From positions 18,958-82,957 of the forward strand of contig JBDTVS010000127.1 of NCBI GenBank assembly GCA_040007095.1: a stretch of DNA of 64,000 nt. Direction: 5' to 3'. Both the position numbers and the translations under genes were made by a program. Source of the DNA: Acidobacteriota bacterium. GTDB lineage: Bacteria > Acidobacteriota > Vicinamibacteria > Vicinamibacterales > CAVVIG01. Below, piece by piece: positions 30,320 through 40,849 of this stretch. The notes under the pieces were generated by a model, which was not told the DNA's origin, searched no databases, and saw nothing but the letters and a program-made list of their open reading frames with translations. The stretch's first letter is position 1, and every line of letters begins with the position of its first letter.

Positions 30320-31465
30320 TCAGTCTCTGAACCGCGTGATTTCCATCTTCCCGGCCGCCGACTTCGCCATCTGGTCGCGGCTCAGGCCTGAGGTGGTGGA
30401 GATCCCCTGAACCCGCAGCTTGAATTCGTCGACGTTGGACGCCCAGCGGAGCGCCTCGTCGTGGGAGACGAGGCCCTGCTCGAACAGGCCGAAGATTGAC
30501 TGATCGAAGGTCTGCATCCCGTACTGCGAGGTGCCGGCGGCGATCGCCTCAGCGATCAGGTGCGTCTTGTCCTTGTCCACGATGCAGTCGCGAATGAACG
30601 GCGTCGTGATCATGACCTCGACTGCGGGCACCCGGCCGCGGCCGTCGTGTCGTGGCATCAGTCGCTGAGACACCACGCCCTTGAGCACGCTGGCCAGCTG
30701 CAGGCGAATCTGTTTCTGTTGGTGCGGTGGGAACACGCCGATGATGCGGTTGATCGTCTCGGTCGCGTCGATGGTGTGCAGCGTCGAGAACACGAGGTGG
30801 CCGGTTTCGGCCGCAAGCAGGCCGGTCTCAATCGTTTCGAAGTCGCGCATTTCACCCACCAGGATGACGTCAGGGTCCTGCCGCAGCGCGCTCCGCAGCG
30901 CGTGTGCGAAGGAGCTCGTATCCACCGACACCTCTCGCTGGTTGATGATTGATTTCACGTCGCGGTGGAGGAACTCGACCGGATCCTCGATGGTCATCAC
31001 GTGCGCCGCCCGCGTGCGGTTGACGTGGTCGATCATGGCGGCGAGCGTCGTGCTCTTGCCGCTGCCGGTCGTACCGGTGACGAGCACGAGACCGCGCTCT
31101 TCTTCGGCGAGGGCCTTGATGACAGCGGGCAAGCCGAGCTCGTCCACCGTCTTGATTTTCGCCGGGATGACTCGGAACACCAGTCCGACGGTGCCGCGCT
31201 GTTGAAACGCGTTGCAACGGAACCGTCCGACGCCCGGAACGCTGTAGGCGAGGTCCATCTCCCACACTTCGGCGAATTTCTGACGCTGCGCGGGCGACAG
31301 GATCGCCGAAGTTGCGGCGACGATGTCTTCCTGGTCGAGCCGCGTCGCGTCGGCGACCGGCACGAGAGCGCCGCCGAGGCGCATCATGGGCATGCCGCCG
31401 ACCTTCAGGTGCAGATCGGACGCCCCGCTCTCGACCGCGATCTTCAGAAGGTCGTTGACGTGCAT
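30320..31465 (-). CDS. pilT: Type IV pilus retraction ATPase PilT
   Basis: 381 aa. Walker A GTTGSGKST, Walker B region ILVGEMRD, PilT-type N-terminus SDLHLKVG. Confidence 0.9.
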   Translation of the reverse strand: MHVNDLLKIAVESGASDLHLKVGGMPMMRLGGALVPVADATRLDQEDIVAATSAILSPAQRQKFAEVWEMDLAYSVPGVGRFRCNAFQQRGTVGLVFRVIPAKIKTVDELGLPAVIKALAEEERGLVLVTGTTGSGKSTTLAAMIDHVNRTRAAHVMTIEDPVEFLHRDVKSIINQREVSVDTSSFAHALRSALRQDPDVILVGEMRDFETIETGLLAAETGHLVFSTLHTIDATETINRIIGVFPPHQQKQIRLQLASVLKGVVSQRLMPRHDGRGRVPAVEVMITTPFIRDCIVDKDKTHLIAEAIAAGTSQYGMQTFDQSIFGLFEQGLVSHDEALRWASNVDEFKLRVQGISTTSGLSRDQMAKSAAGKMEITRFRD

Positions 31466-31475
31466 TGCGTCGATT

Positions 31476-32441
31476 CTACTGAGCTTCGCCGCAGAATGGA
31501 CACCGATCGGAGCGGGCGTGCAGCGGCTTGCGGCACTGCCAGCAAAAGCGGGGCTGGGGGCTTTCCCGCGCTCTCAGTCGCGTTTGAATGTCGTGCACGT
31601 CGTGGGACTCGCTCGCGCTCGATGTCGCCGGCCGCCGGCCGCCTTTCGCGGCCGCGGCCAGCACGTCGTCCAGAAGATCGCTCGCGCGTTGGTAACGGGC
31701 GTGGATGTCCGGCGCCATCGCCTTCATGATGATGTCGTTGATGGACTTGGGGATCTTGGGATTCTTCAGTCGCGGCGGCGTCAGCAGCTCGCCGCGCATC
31801 AGCCGATCGAGATCGGCGGGGGAGGGCGTGTCGTACGGCAGGAGGCCGGTAAACATCTGATACATGGTCACGCCGACCGAATAGAGGTCCGACGCAAAGA
31901 CGGCTTTGCCCTGGAACTGTTCGGGCGCCATGTACGGAGGGCTGCCGATGACGGTCGTGCCATGCGCCGCGATTTCCAGGAAGCGAGACGTGCCGAAGTC
32001 GGCGACTTTCAGCATGCCGTTCTCCGTGATCAGCACGTTCGACGGTCGCAAGTCGCGATGCAGCACGCCCTGACGATGGGCGTGGTCGACGGCGTTGCAG
32101 ATCTGGCAGGTGTAGTCGAGCGCCAGTCCCAGCGCCAGGGCGCCGTCGCGAGAGAGGATCGCTTCCAGGGTCTCGCCCGACACCAGCTCCATCACGATAA
32201 AGAAGACGTTCTCCTGCTTCTCGGCCGTCAGGATGGTGACGATGTTCGGGTGGTTGAGACTGGCGAGCAGGCGCGGCTCGCGCAGGAGTTCCCCGAAATC
32301 AACGCCTTGCTTGTGCGGAACCTTCAGCGCGACTTTCTTGTCGATCCACGTGTCCTCGGCGAGATAGACGGTGCCGAAGCCGCCGCTGCCGATCGTCGAC
32401 AGCACCTTGTATTTCCCCACGACCTGGCCCCGAAAAAACAC
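31476..32441 (-). CDS. Ser/Thr protein kinase with C-terminal zinc ribbon
   Basis: VALKV Lys, catalytic loop HRDLRPSNVL, DFG, APE. C-terminal CWQC...CPFC. Confidence 0.9.
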   Translation of the reverse strand: MFFRGQVVGKYKVLSTIGSGGFGTVYLAEDTWIDKKVALKVPHKQGVDFGELLREPRLLASLNHPNIVTILTAEKQENVFFIVMELVSGETLEAILSRDGALALGLALDYTCQICNAVDHAHRQGVLHRDLRPSNVLITENGMLKVADFGTSRFLEIAAHGTTVIGSPPYMAPEQFQGKAVFASDLYSVGVTMYQMFTGLLPYDTPSPADLDRLMRGELLTPPRLKNPKIPKSINDIIMKAMAPDIHARYQRASDLLDDVLAAAAKGGRRPATSSASESHDVHDIQTRLRARESPQPRFCWQCRKPLHARSDRCPFCGEAQ

Positions 32442-32456
32442 GCGGCGAGTATAGCA

Positions 32457-32611
32457 GCCCGTGGTGAGAGTCTGGCTGCATTCGACGAGCGAGGCATCCC
32501 CGCCGGCGGCGTTGCTCCTCGCTTAAATACTCCCGGTATTCTCGGTCGTCGCGCCTTGCCGGACGGGGCGCCTCGCCCGTCTCGGTGCGACGCCAGACTC
32601 TCACCACGGGC
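32457..32611 (+). repeat. Structured intergenic repeat, copy A (about 155 bp, terminal inverted repeats)
   Basis: CCGTGGTGAGAGTCTGGC...GCCAGACTCTCACCACGG termini. Interior is homologous to copy B at 40563-40760. Confidence 0.85.
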
Positions 32612-32724
32612 TGCCAGCAGCCCTGGGTAACGCCCGCGCCGCCTGCCGGCGCGCTGACCAGCACCTCATGCCGATATTTGCACACGACCGCCCCGGCAGG
32701 GGAAAATGAGGCAGAGAGAACCGC

Positions 32725-33843
32725 ATGAAGATTACCAACCAGACGCTTCCGAGTTCGCCCGCCCAGCCACTCGACCCGCGCCACCTGGAGTTCGGCCGGA
32801 TGTTCACCCCGAACTTCTTCGTGAGCGACTACAAGAACGGCGCATGGTGCAATCCGCGCATCCAGCCCGTCGAGCCGTTCTCGTTGCACCCCGCCTCGCT
32901 GGTGTTTCATTACGCCCAGACGGTCTTCGAGGGACTGAAGGCATTCCGTCAGCACGACGGCCGCATCGTCCTGTTCAGACCCGAGATGAACGCCAAGCGG
33001 TTCCAACTGTCGGCCGCGCGTTTGAGCATTCCGCCGGTCGACGATGAATTCTTCGTCCGGGCCATTCGCGAGCTGGTGCAAAACGAGCGGCACTTTCTGC
33101 CGGGGGAGCCGGGTTGCCTCTACATTCGGCCGACGGCGATGGGCGTGGATGCCACACTCGGCGTCAAGAGCGCGAGCGAGTTCATTTTCTTCATCCTGAC
33201 GCTGCCGTCGGGCGGCTATTTCAAAGGCGCTGGCGAGGGACCGGGTGCGATTGACGTGCTGGTCAGTACGTCCGTGGTTCGCACGACTCCGGGGTTGATG
33301 GGCAGCGTAAAGGCCGGCGCGAACTACGCGGGCACGCTCACGATTACCGAGCACGCCAAGACCGTCGGCTGTTCTCAGGTGCTGTTCCTCGATTCCCACC
33401 ATCACCAGTTCATCGAGGAAATGGGCGGGATGAACATCATGTTCGTACAGGGGAACCTGCTGCGGACGCCGCCGCTCACGGACACGATTCTGCGCGGAGT
33501 GACCCGCGATTCGCTGTTGGTCCTGGCGAGGGAACAGGGTCTCGATGTCAGCGAGGCGCCGATCACGATTGACGAGGTCGTGGCCGGAGTCAAGGACGGC
33601 AGCATTGGCGAGATGTTCGCCTGCGGCACCGCGGCCGTCGTCATCGGCATCAGGAGCCTGCAGTTCGAAGACGGATCGTCCATTCGCACGACCGGCTGTC
33701 CCGGCCCCACGACCCGGCGGCTCTACGACGCGTTGACCGGCGTGCAGTACGGCCGCCTGCCGGACCGACACGGCTGGCTCAACGTAGTATGTGCCGCGGA
33801 TGCCGACGCCGGCACGCCGGTCGGCCTCGCGGCCAGTCGCTAG
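32725..33843 (+). CDS. ilvE: Branched-chain amino acid aminotransferase
   Basis: 372 aa class IV aminotransferase. GSVKAGANYAG Lys region and EEMGGMNIMFV. Confidence 0.9.
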   Translation: MKITNQTLPSSPAQPLDPRHLEFGRMFTPNFFVSDYKNGAWCNPRIQPVEPFSLHPASLVFHYAQTVFEGLKAFRQHDGRIVLFRPEMNAKRFQLSAARLSIPPVDDEFFVRAIRELVQNERHFLPGEPGCLYIRPTAMGVDATLGVKSASEFIFFILTLPSGGYFKGAGEGPGAIDVLVSTSVVRTTPGLMGSVKAGANYAGTLTITEHAKTVGCSQVLFLDSHHHQFIEEMGGMNIMFVQGNLLRTPPLTDTILRGVTRDSLLVLAREQGLDVSEAPITIDEVVAGVKDGSIGEMFACGTAAVVIGIRSLQFEDGSSIRTTGCPGPTTRRLYDALTGVQYGRLPDRHGWLNVVCAADADAGTPVGLAASR

Positions 33844-33887
33844 TGGGCGAGGGGCGATGCATGCGTCGCCCCTCCCGATGCTGACGC

Positions 33888-34643
33888 GTGCACCGATTTT
33901 TTGCGCCCTCCCTGGACCCCGGCGACGAGACGGCGATCCTGCCGCGCGAGGAAGGCGAGCACCTGACCCGCGTGCTGCGTTTGACCGCCGGGGACACGGT
34001 GGCGGTCTTCGACGGCCGCGGTCATGAATTTCTCGCGCGCGTGATCGGGTCGGTCGTCGATGCCGAGCGGCGCCGGGCGATTTCGGTGCAGCTGCTGTCC
34101 CGCATCGAGCCTGCCGCCGAACCCGCGGTTGCGCTCACGCTCGTTCAAGCCGTCCTCAAAGCCGACAAGATGGACGATATCGTCCGCGACGCCGTCATGC
34201 TCGGCGCAGCTGCGATTCATCCGATCATCACAAACCGGACGGAGGTCACCGTCGCGGCAGTGATGCGGGGGGCACGCCTCGACAGGTGGCGTCGCGTGGC
34301 GCTGGCGTCCGTCAAACAGTCGCGCCGCGCCACGCTGCCGGAGATTCGCATGCCCCTGGGATTCGAAGATTTTCTGGACGAGCCGCCGACGGCGCTCCGT
34401 TTGATGCTCGTGGAGCCGTCGGCATCGGCGGATGTCGAATCGATCGGCGCGCTTCGTGACCACCCGATACCGGGAGATGCCGCGGTGCTGGTCGGGCCGG
34501 AAGGGGGCTGGACGCAGGAAGAGTGCGCGATGGCCCGGGCGCGGGGCGTCCGACTGATCTGCCTTGGCCACCGGACTCTGCGCGCGGACGCGGCGCCGAT
34601 CGCGGCGATCAGCGTCCTGCAGTTCCTCTGGAACGATCTGTAG
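33888..34643 (+). CDS. rsmE: 16S rRNA (uracil1498-N3)-methyltransferase RsmE
   Basis: MHRFFAPSL...EEGEHLTRVLRL N-terminus and SPOUT motif LVGPEGGWTQEE. Confidence 0.85.
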   Translation: MHRFFAPSLDPGDETAILPREEGEHLTRVLRLTAGDTVAVFDGRGHEFLARVIGSVVDAERRRAISVQLLSRIEPAAEPAVALTLVQAVLKADKMDDIVRDAVMLGAAAIHPIITNRTEVTVAAVMRGARLDRWRRVALASVKQSRRATLPEIRMPLGFEDFLDEPPTALRLMLVEPSASADVESIGALRDHPIPGDAAVLVGPEGGWTQEECAMARARGVRLICLGHRTLRADAAPIAAISVLQFLWNDL

Positions 34644-34697
34644 TCTGGCGGTGCGTCTCGGGGCGCACACCCGGCACGAATAAACCGCGAGTATTCT

Positions 34698-34727
34698 GAA
34701 CCACAAAGATCACAAAGCACACGAAGG
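34698..34727. repeat. CACAAAG word-repeat element, second locus
   Basis: GAACCACAAAGATCACAAAGCACACGAAGG closely matches the reverse complement of 12930-12960. Confidence 0.7.
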
Positions 34728-34777
34728 CTGTTGTTTCGTCTACACCGCTTGTCGAAACCAGCGTGGTTGAAACCGCT

Positions 34778-36628
34778 CTATCGGGTGGAGATCTTGAAAT
34801 CGTGCGTCTTGATGTCGCCTTCGCCCAGTGTCAATCGCGCCGCGGCGACTCGATGCTCGTCGAGGAAGGCCGGTTCGAACCACTCGCCCTGTTCGGCCGG
34901 ATCGACGGTGACCAGGTAATAGTTGCCGGGCGGGAGGCTGCGGATCTGGAACTTGCCGTTCTGGTCGGGTCGTGCGGTCGCGATCTGCCGCGCGAGCGGC
35001 CGCCACAAGTCCGGATCGACTCCGAAAGCGAGCACGGTGAAATCGGTCACGGGCTGGCCCTGCTCGTTTGTGACCGTCCCGTTGATTTCCTGGTGTTTGT
35101 TCGTGAAGACCACCCTGACATTGTCCAGGGCCTGTCCGCTGCGAAGCTCGATCGGCGTGTCGACGACGTCCCGATTGGTGACCAGAACCGACTTCAGCGT
35201 CCATCCGTTCAGCTGACCCGCCGAGCGAATCCAGTGGGAGCCCGCGGACACGCCCTCGAGTGTGAAGTTGCCGTCCTTGTCGACCCGCGCGTTGGGGTTT
35301 GGCCCCAGCGTGCCACTCGTTTCAGCTGACGGCGCCGTGACGCGTACGCGGCTGAAGTCTGGTGGGTCCGTCCCTTCGAACGACACCGTTCCTGAGATCG
35401 ATGCGCCGGGGAAGAGAATCACGGGAATGTCCGTCACATCGCCGCTCGCGACGGTCAACGGCTGTACGGCGAACAGCGGAGGGTCGGTGTCCGTGCCTCT
35501 CGCCCGGAGCATGTAACGGCCAGGCGGGACGTTGCCGATGGAAAAGCGCCCTTCCCAATTGATTCGGCTGTTGAAGTTGACGCCCGGCTGGCCGCGCCCG
35601 CCCACGCCGCTGCCCCCTTCGGGCGCCAGACTCACCTGTCCGCTGTAGGTGATCGACCCGTCGGCGCTCGTGACCGCGCCGGACACCTGGGCGGTACGGA
35701 CCAGCAGCAGATTGAACGTGACGTCGAGCAGTTCCTGACCGACTCCCACCGTGACGGCCCGCGACTCGTTGATCGAGCCGACGCCCGGATAGTACGTCGG
35801 CGCGTACGCTTTCTGCAGTTCGTCGCTGACGCCGAAATCCAGGAACCCTCCGGGCGGGCCATTCTGTCCGCCGCGGCCGCCGACCAGCGCGCCGCGGCCG
35901 CCTCCGCCACGACCGCCGGGTCCGGCCACCCCCCGGCCGACGGCCCCGCCGCGGGCGCCGAAGTTGAAGTTCTGGGTGAGCGCATTGACGTAGTAGTCGC
36001 CGGGGTTCAAACCCCACACGCGGTACGCACCTTGGTCGTCGGTCTGCGCTCCTCCGGCCGGCACGAGCTGGCGCTCGCCTTGCGCGTACTGATACCGCAT
36101 CACGCGTACGGAAGCACCCGGCATCGGGTCACCGAGCTCGTCGTAGATGCGCCCCGCGATCACGCTCCCTCGTGGCAGACGAAACTCGATCCCCTCCAAC
36201 TGCTGTCCGTCGCCCAGCTGCAGGGGCGTGCCCGCCTGCAGCGGCCGGCGCTGCCCGTAGGACAGCGAGATGAAGCCCGTTTTCGAGACGTTCAGCGTGT
36301 AGCGACCGGCCGGCAGTTCGGTGAGCTCGAACACGCCGTTGTCGTCGGTCAGCGTGCCCCGACCCTCCGGCAACTGCGGTGCGCTGACAGAGGCACGGGC
36401 CCGCCGGACCGGCTTGCCGTCGTTGGCCGCGAGCACCCGGCCGGTGATCTTTCCGCTCGGCGGCGGCGGGGTGTTCTGCTGACCGGCCGGCGTGTCACGC
36501 GGGGGCGCCTCTCCCGGGCGGGAGCTTTGTGCCGACAAAACACAGACGCAGAGGACGACGATGAAGCCGGCGAACAGCCGATATTCCACGCCGGGGCCGC
36601 CGAAGCCTGAGCGCGACAGCCAGGGCAT
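34778..36628 (-). CDS. Secreted carboxypeptidase-regulatory-like domain repeat protein
   Basis: Signal peptide after ATG 36628. Repeated modules such as GRVLAANDGKPV...DDNGVFELTELPAGRYTLNVSKTGF and LPPGNYYLVTV. Confidence 0.75.
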   Translation of the reverse strand: MPWLSRSGFGGPGVEYRLFAGFIVVLCVCVLSAQSSRPGEAPPRDTPAGQQNTPPPPSGKITGRVLAANDGKPVRRARASVSAPQLPEGRGTLTDDNGVFELTELPAGRYTLNVSKTGFISLSYGQRRPLQAGTPLQLGDGQQLEGIEFRLPRGSVIAGRIYDELGDPMPGASVRVMRYQYAQGERQLVPAGGAQTDDQGAYRVWGLNPGDYYVNALTQNFNFGARGGAVGRGVAGPGGRGGGGRGALVGGRGGQNGPPGGFLDFGVSDELQKAYAPTYYPGVGSINESRAVTVGVGQELLDVTFNLLLVRTAQVSGAVTSADGSITYSGQVSLAPEGGSGVGGRGQPGVNFNSRINWEGRFSIGNVPPGRYMLRARGTDTDPPLFAVQPLTVASGDVTDIPVILFPGASISGTVSFEGTDPPDFSRVRVTAPSAETSGTLGPNPNARVDKDGNFTLEGVSAGSHWIRSAGQLNGWTLKSVLVTNRDVVDTPIELRSGQALDNVRVVFTNKHQEINGTVTNEQGQPVTDFTVLAFGVDPDLWRPLARQIATARPDQNGKFQIRSLPPGNYYLVTVDPAEQGEWFEPAFLDEHRVAAARLTLGEGDIKTHDFKISTR

Positions 36629-36696
36629 TCTCCGCGGTCCGAGCGTGCGCTCCGTCGACACACGGTCGCTCTTCACCGGCGGAACCACCGGTGACA

Positions 36697-37527
36697 TCAC
36701 ACTTTTTTCAGCGTCAGGCAGATCCACTCGTCCTCCTGCTGCCGTTGGTCAAGCGCCGCACTCGAGAACGCCGCGCGCACCCCGGACTCTTCGCCGGCCA
36801 GAATCCCGCTCAGGACCAGCGTTCCGCCCGCCGGGGCGGCCGACAGCAGCAGATTGGCCGCGCGAACCAGGTCGGCGCCTGTCAGGTTCGCCACGACCAG
36901 TTCGGCCGTGGGCAGAGTGCCGCTGGTGAGATCCGCTACCGCAAACGTCGCGTGCCGGGCGCCGGGATTGAGCGCCAGGTTGTCGTTCGCCGATTGGATC
37001 GCGTCCGCGTCGCAATCGATGCCGTGCACCTGGAGGGAGCCGAGCCGCGCGGCGGCAATCGCCAGGATTCCCGATCCGGTGCCCACGTCGAGGACCCGCC
37101 TCTGGCGAAGATCCAGGGTCTGAATCGCGGCGAGACACAGGCGGGTCGTGGCGTGATGTCCGGTGCCGAAGCCCATCGAGGGCTCGATCACGATCTCCAC
37201 CGGGTCGAAAGATCCGGCCGGCAAGGGGAGGGAGGAGGCATTCAGAAACCGGGAATGAGGAACGATTCTGATCCGGCCGACGACTATCGGCGTGAGGCTC
37301 TGCTGCGACCGAATGGCCCAGTCCTCGTCAGAGACATCGAGGGCCGCCACGACTGTCTGAGGCCCAGCCAACGCGGCCAGAGCGGCGTCGCGCTGCTCCC
37401 GCGTGGCAAAGAAGACCCGCACGCCCCGCTCGCGCTCTTCGATCGCCGTCGGCGCGAAGTCGTCGAGCGCGGCGAGCAGGAGATCGCCCGCCTCGATAAT
37501 GTCCAGCGCAGGCCAGTGACGTACCAC
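36697..37527 (-). CDS. prmA: Ribosomal protein L11 methyltransferase PrmA
   Basis: FGTGHHATTRLCL, VLDVGTGSGILAIAAARLG. Directly downstream of dnaJ. Confidence 0.8.
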   Translation of the reverse strand: MVRHWPALDIIEAGDLLLAALDDFAPTAIEERERGVRVFFATREQRDAALAALAGPQTVVAALDVSDEDWAIRSQQSLTPIVVGRIRIVPHSRFLNASSLPLPAGSFDPVEIVIEPSMGFGTGHHATTRLCLAAIQTLDLRQRRVLDVGTGSGILAIAAARLGSLQVHGIDCDADAIQSANDNLALNPGARHATFAVADLTSGTLPTAELVVANLTGADLVRAANLLLSAAPAGGTLVLSGILAGEESGVRAAFSSAALDQRQQEDEWICLTLKKV

Positions 37528-37530
37528 CGA

Positions 37531-39185
<1,655 letters not shown>

Positions 39186-39299
39186 AGACTCTCTCGTCAG
39201 TCGGTCAATATCGTCATGTTGATCGCGTGGTCACGGCGGGATTTATCGACGCTCGAATCACCAACCGACCAGATGATCACATGCATATGTGTTCGTGAA

Positions 39300-40343
39300 T
39301 TAGTTGGGATCGCGAAGCATGCGCGCGACCGCCTGTGCTGCCGCGTCGACGACGGCAATCACCCGGGAGTAGCGCATCCGCGTCGGTCCGATCACGCCGA
39401 TGGTCGTTCCGGTTCCCTCGGCATCGGTATAGGTCGAAGCGATCAGACTGAAGGATCGAAGGCTCGGGCTGGGATGCTCCGCGCCAATCACCACCGTCAG
39501 GCCCGGGCCGTCGATGCACTCGTTGAGCAGAAGGACCAGCCGTTGCTTTTCCTCAATCATCTGAACCAGCGCCTGCAACGTGCTCATCGTGACGCCCTGC
39601 CCATCGTCGAGCAGCAGGGCGGTGCCTTCGACGAACAGCACCCGATCGTCCTCCAGATTCTCGAATGTCGAGGTCGCCAGGCGCATCGCCCGGGCAAAGA
39701 GCGTGTCGTACAGCGATCGTTCTTCGTCAATGCGCTCGAGTACGGCCTGGCGCGCCCGAGACAACGGGAGGCCGGCGAACTCGGCGTTCAGGTAGTTCGA
39801 CGCCTGTCGGAGATCGTCGGCGGTCAGGGTCTCGCTGATTTCGATGACCTTCTGCAGCACCTGACTGCCTCGCGCGACGATCACGACCAGCACGCGATTC
39901 GAACCGAGCGAGACGAATTCCACCCGGTCGAACACCGCGGAGCCCTGCGCGGGCGGCAGCGCGAAGCCGACGAGCCGCGAGGCTTGAGATACGACGCGCG
40001 ATGCCTGCGATAACACCGAATCCGAGAACGGGCTCGTGCGCTCCCGACGCAGCCGTGCTTCGACCGCGTCCGCGGTTCGGGTCGATCGCTTCGATTCGAG
40101 CAGCATGTCGACGTAGAACCGATAGCCGCGGTCGGTCGGGATCCGGCCGGCCGACGTGTGCGGCTGCTGCACGAACCCGGCGTCCTCGAGGCGGGCGAGG
40201 ATGTTGCGCACGGTCGCCGACGAGACACCGAGTCCGGCGGCGGAGACGAGCAGCGAAGAGGCGACGGGCTCGCCCGTGGTGATGTACTCGCGAATCAGCG
40301 CGGCCAAGACGCGCTTCGAGCGATCGAGAGTGTCCTGGTTCAT
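39300..40343 (-). CDS. hrcA: Heat-inducible transcription repressor HrcA
   Basis: LAALIREYITTGEPVASS winged-helix N-terminus and GRIPTDRGYRFYVD. Preceded by a CIRCE element. ATG 40343 chosen. Confidence 0.93.
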   Translation of the reverse strand: MNQDTLDRSKRVLAALIREYITTGEPVASSLLVSAAGLGVSSATVRNILARLEDAGFVQQPHTSAGRIPTDRGYRFYVDMLLESKRSTRTADAVEARLRRERTSPFSDSVLSQASRVVSQASRLVGFALPPAQGSAVFDRVEFVSLGSNRVLVVIVARGSQVLQKVIEISETLTADDLRQASNYLNAEFAGLPLSRARQAVLERIDEERSLYDTLFARAMRLATSTFENLEDDRVLFVEGTALLLDDGQGVTMSTLQALVQMIEEKQRLVLLLNECIDGPGLTVVIGAEHPSPSLRSFSLIASTYTDAEGTGTTIGVIGPTRMRYSRVIAVVDAAAQAVARMLRDPN

Positions 40344-40392
40344 GTGAATCGTCGCGTCCGGCCGCGTGACCTGTACCGATGGAACACAGTAC

Positions 40393-40419
40393 TTAGCAGT
40401 CACGAACCCAGACTGCTAA
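40393..40419 (-). promoter_or_regulatory. CIRCE operator (HrcA binding site)
   Basis: Perfect inverted repeat TTAGCAGTC-N9-GACTGCTAA about 50 nt upstream of the hrcA ATG. It is a one-base-per-arm variant of the consensus TTAGCACTC-N9-GAGTGCTAA. Confidence 0.85.
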
Positions 40420-40422
40420 GCC

Positions 40423-40428
40423 ATTATA
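40423..40428 (-). promoter_or_regulatory. Candidate -10 box of hrcA operon promoter
   Basis: TATAAT on the minus strand 3 nt upstream of CIRCE. No well-spaced -35 hexamer was seen. Confidence 0.4.
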
Positions 40429-40562
40429 CGTCGAGCCGGTTCAATTCTACGTGACCTTCGCGTCGCCGTTGAACACGAAGAGAGCCCGCGCGATCTCGAG
40501 GGCCGCCACGCACCGCAGAAACCCGCCAACGCTGTATGACGCAGCATACGGCAAACCCAGCG

Positions 40563-40760
40563 GCCGGTGGTAAAAGTCTGACTGCATTCGACGGGCGATG
40601 CATCCCCGTCGGCTGCGTTGCTCCTCGCTCGAATACTCCCGGTATTCTCGGTCGCCCCCACCCCAACGCGCTGGGAAACGCGTCGGGGGCCCCGGGGTCG
40701 CGCCTTGCCCGCGGGGCGCCTCGCCGTCTCGATGCGACGCCAGACTTTCACCACGGGCGG
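40563..40760 (+). repeat. Structured intergenic repeat, copy B (about 198 bp, with an extra ~40 bp internal insert)
   Basis: GGTGGTAAAAGTCTGAC...GCCAGACTTTCACCACGG termini. Shares CTGCATTCGACG, GCGTTGCTCCTCGCT, AATACTCCCGGTATTCTCGGTCG and GCGCCTTGCC blocks with copy A. Confidence 0.85.
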
Positions 40761-40849
40761 TCAGTGAAGCTTCGCCTCAAACCGACCAGCAAGAACGGAC
40801 CAGGTGCGGCGAATCCTCACTAGCCGGAGAAGCCCCAAGACCACGGATC

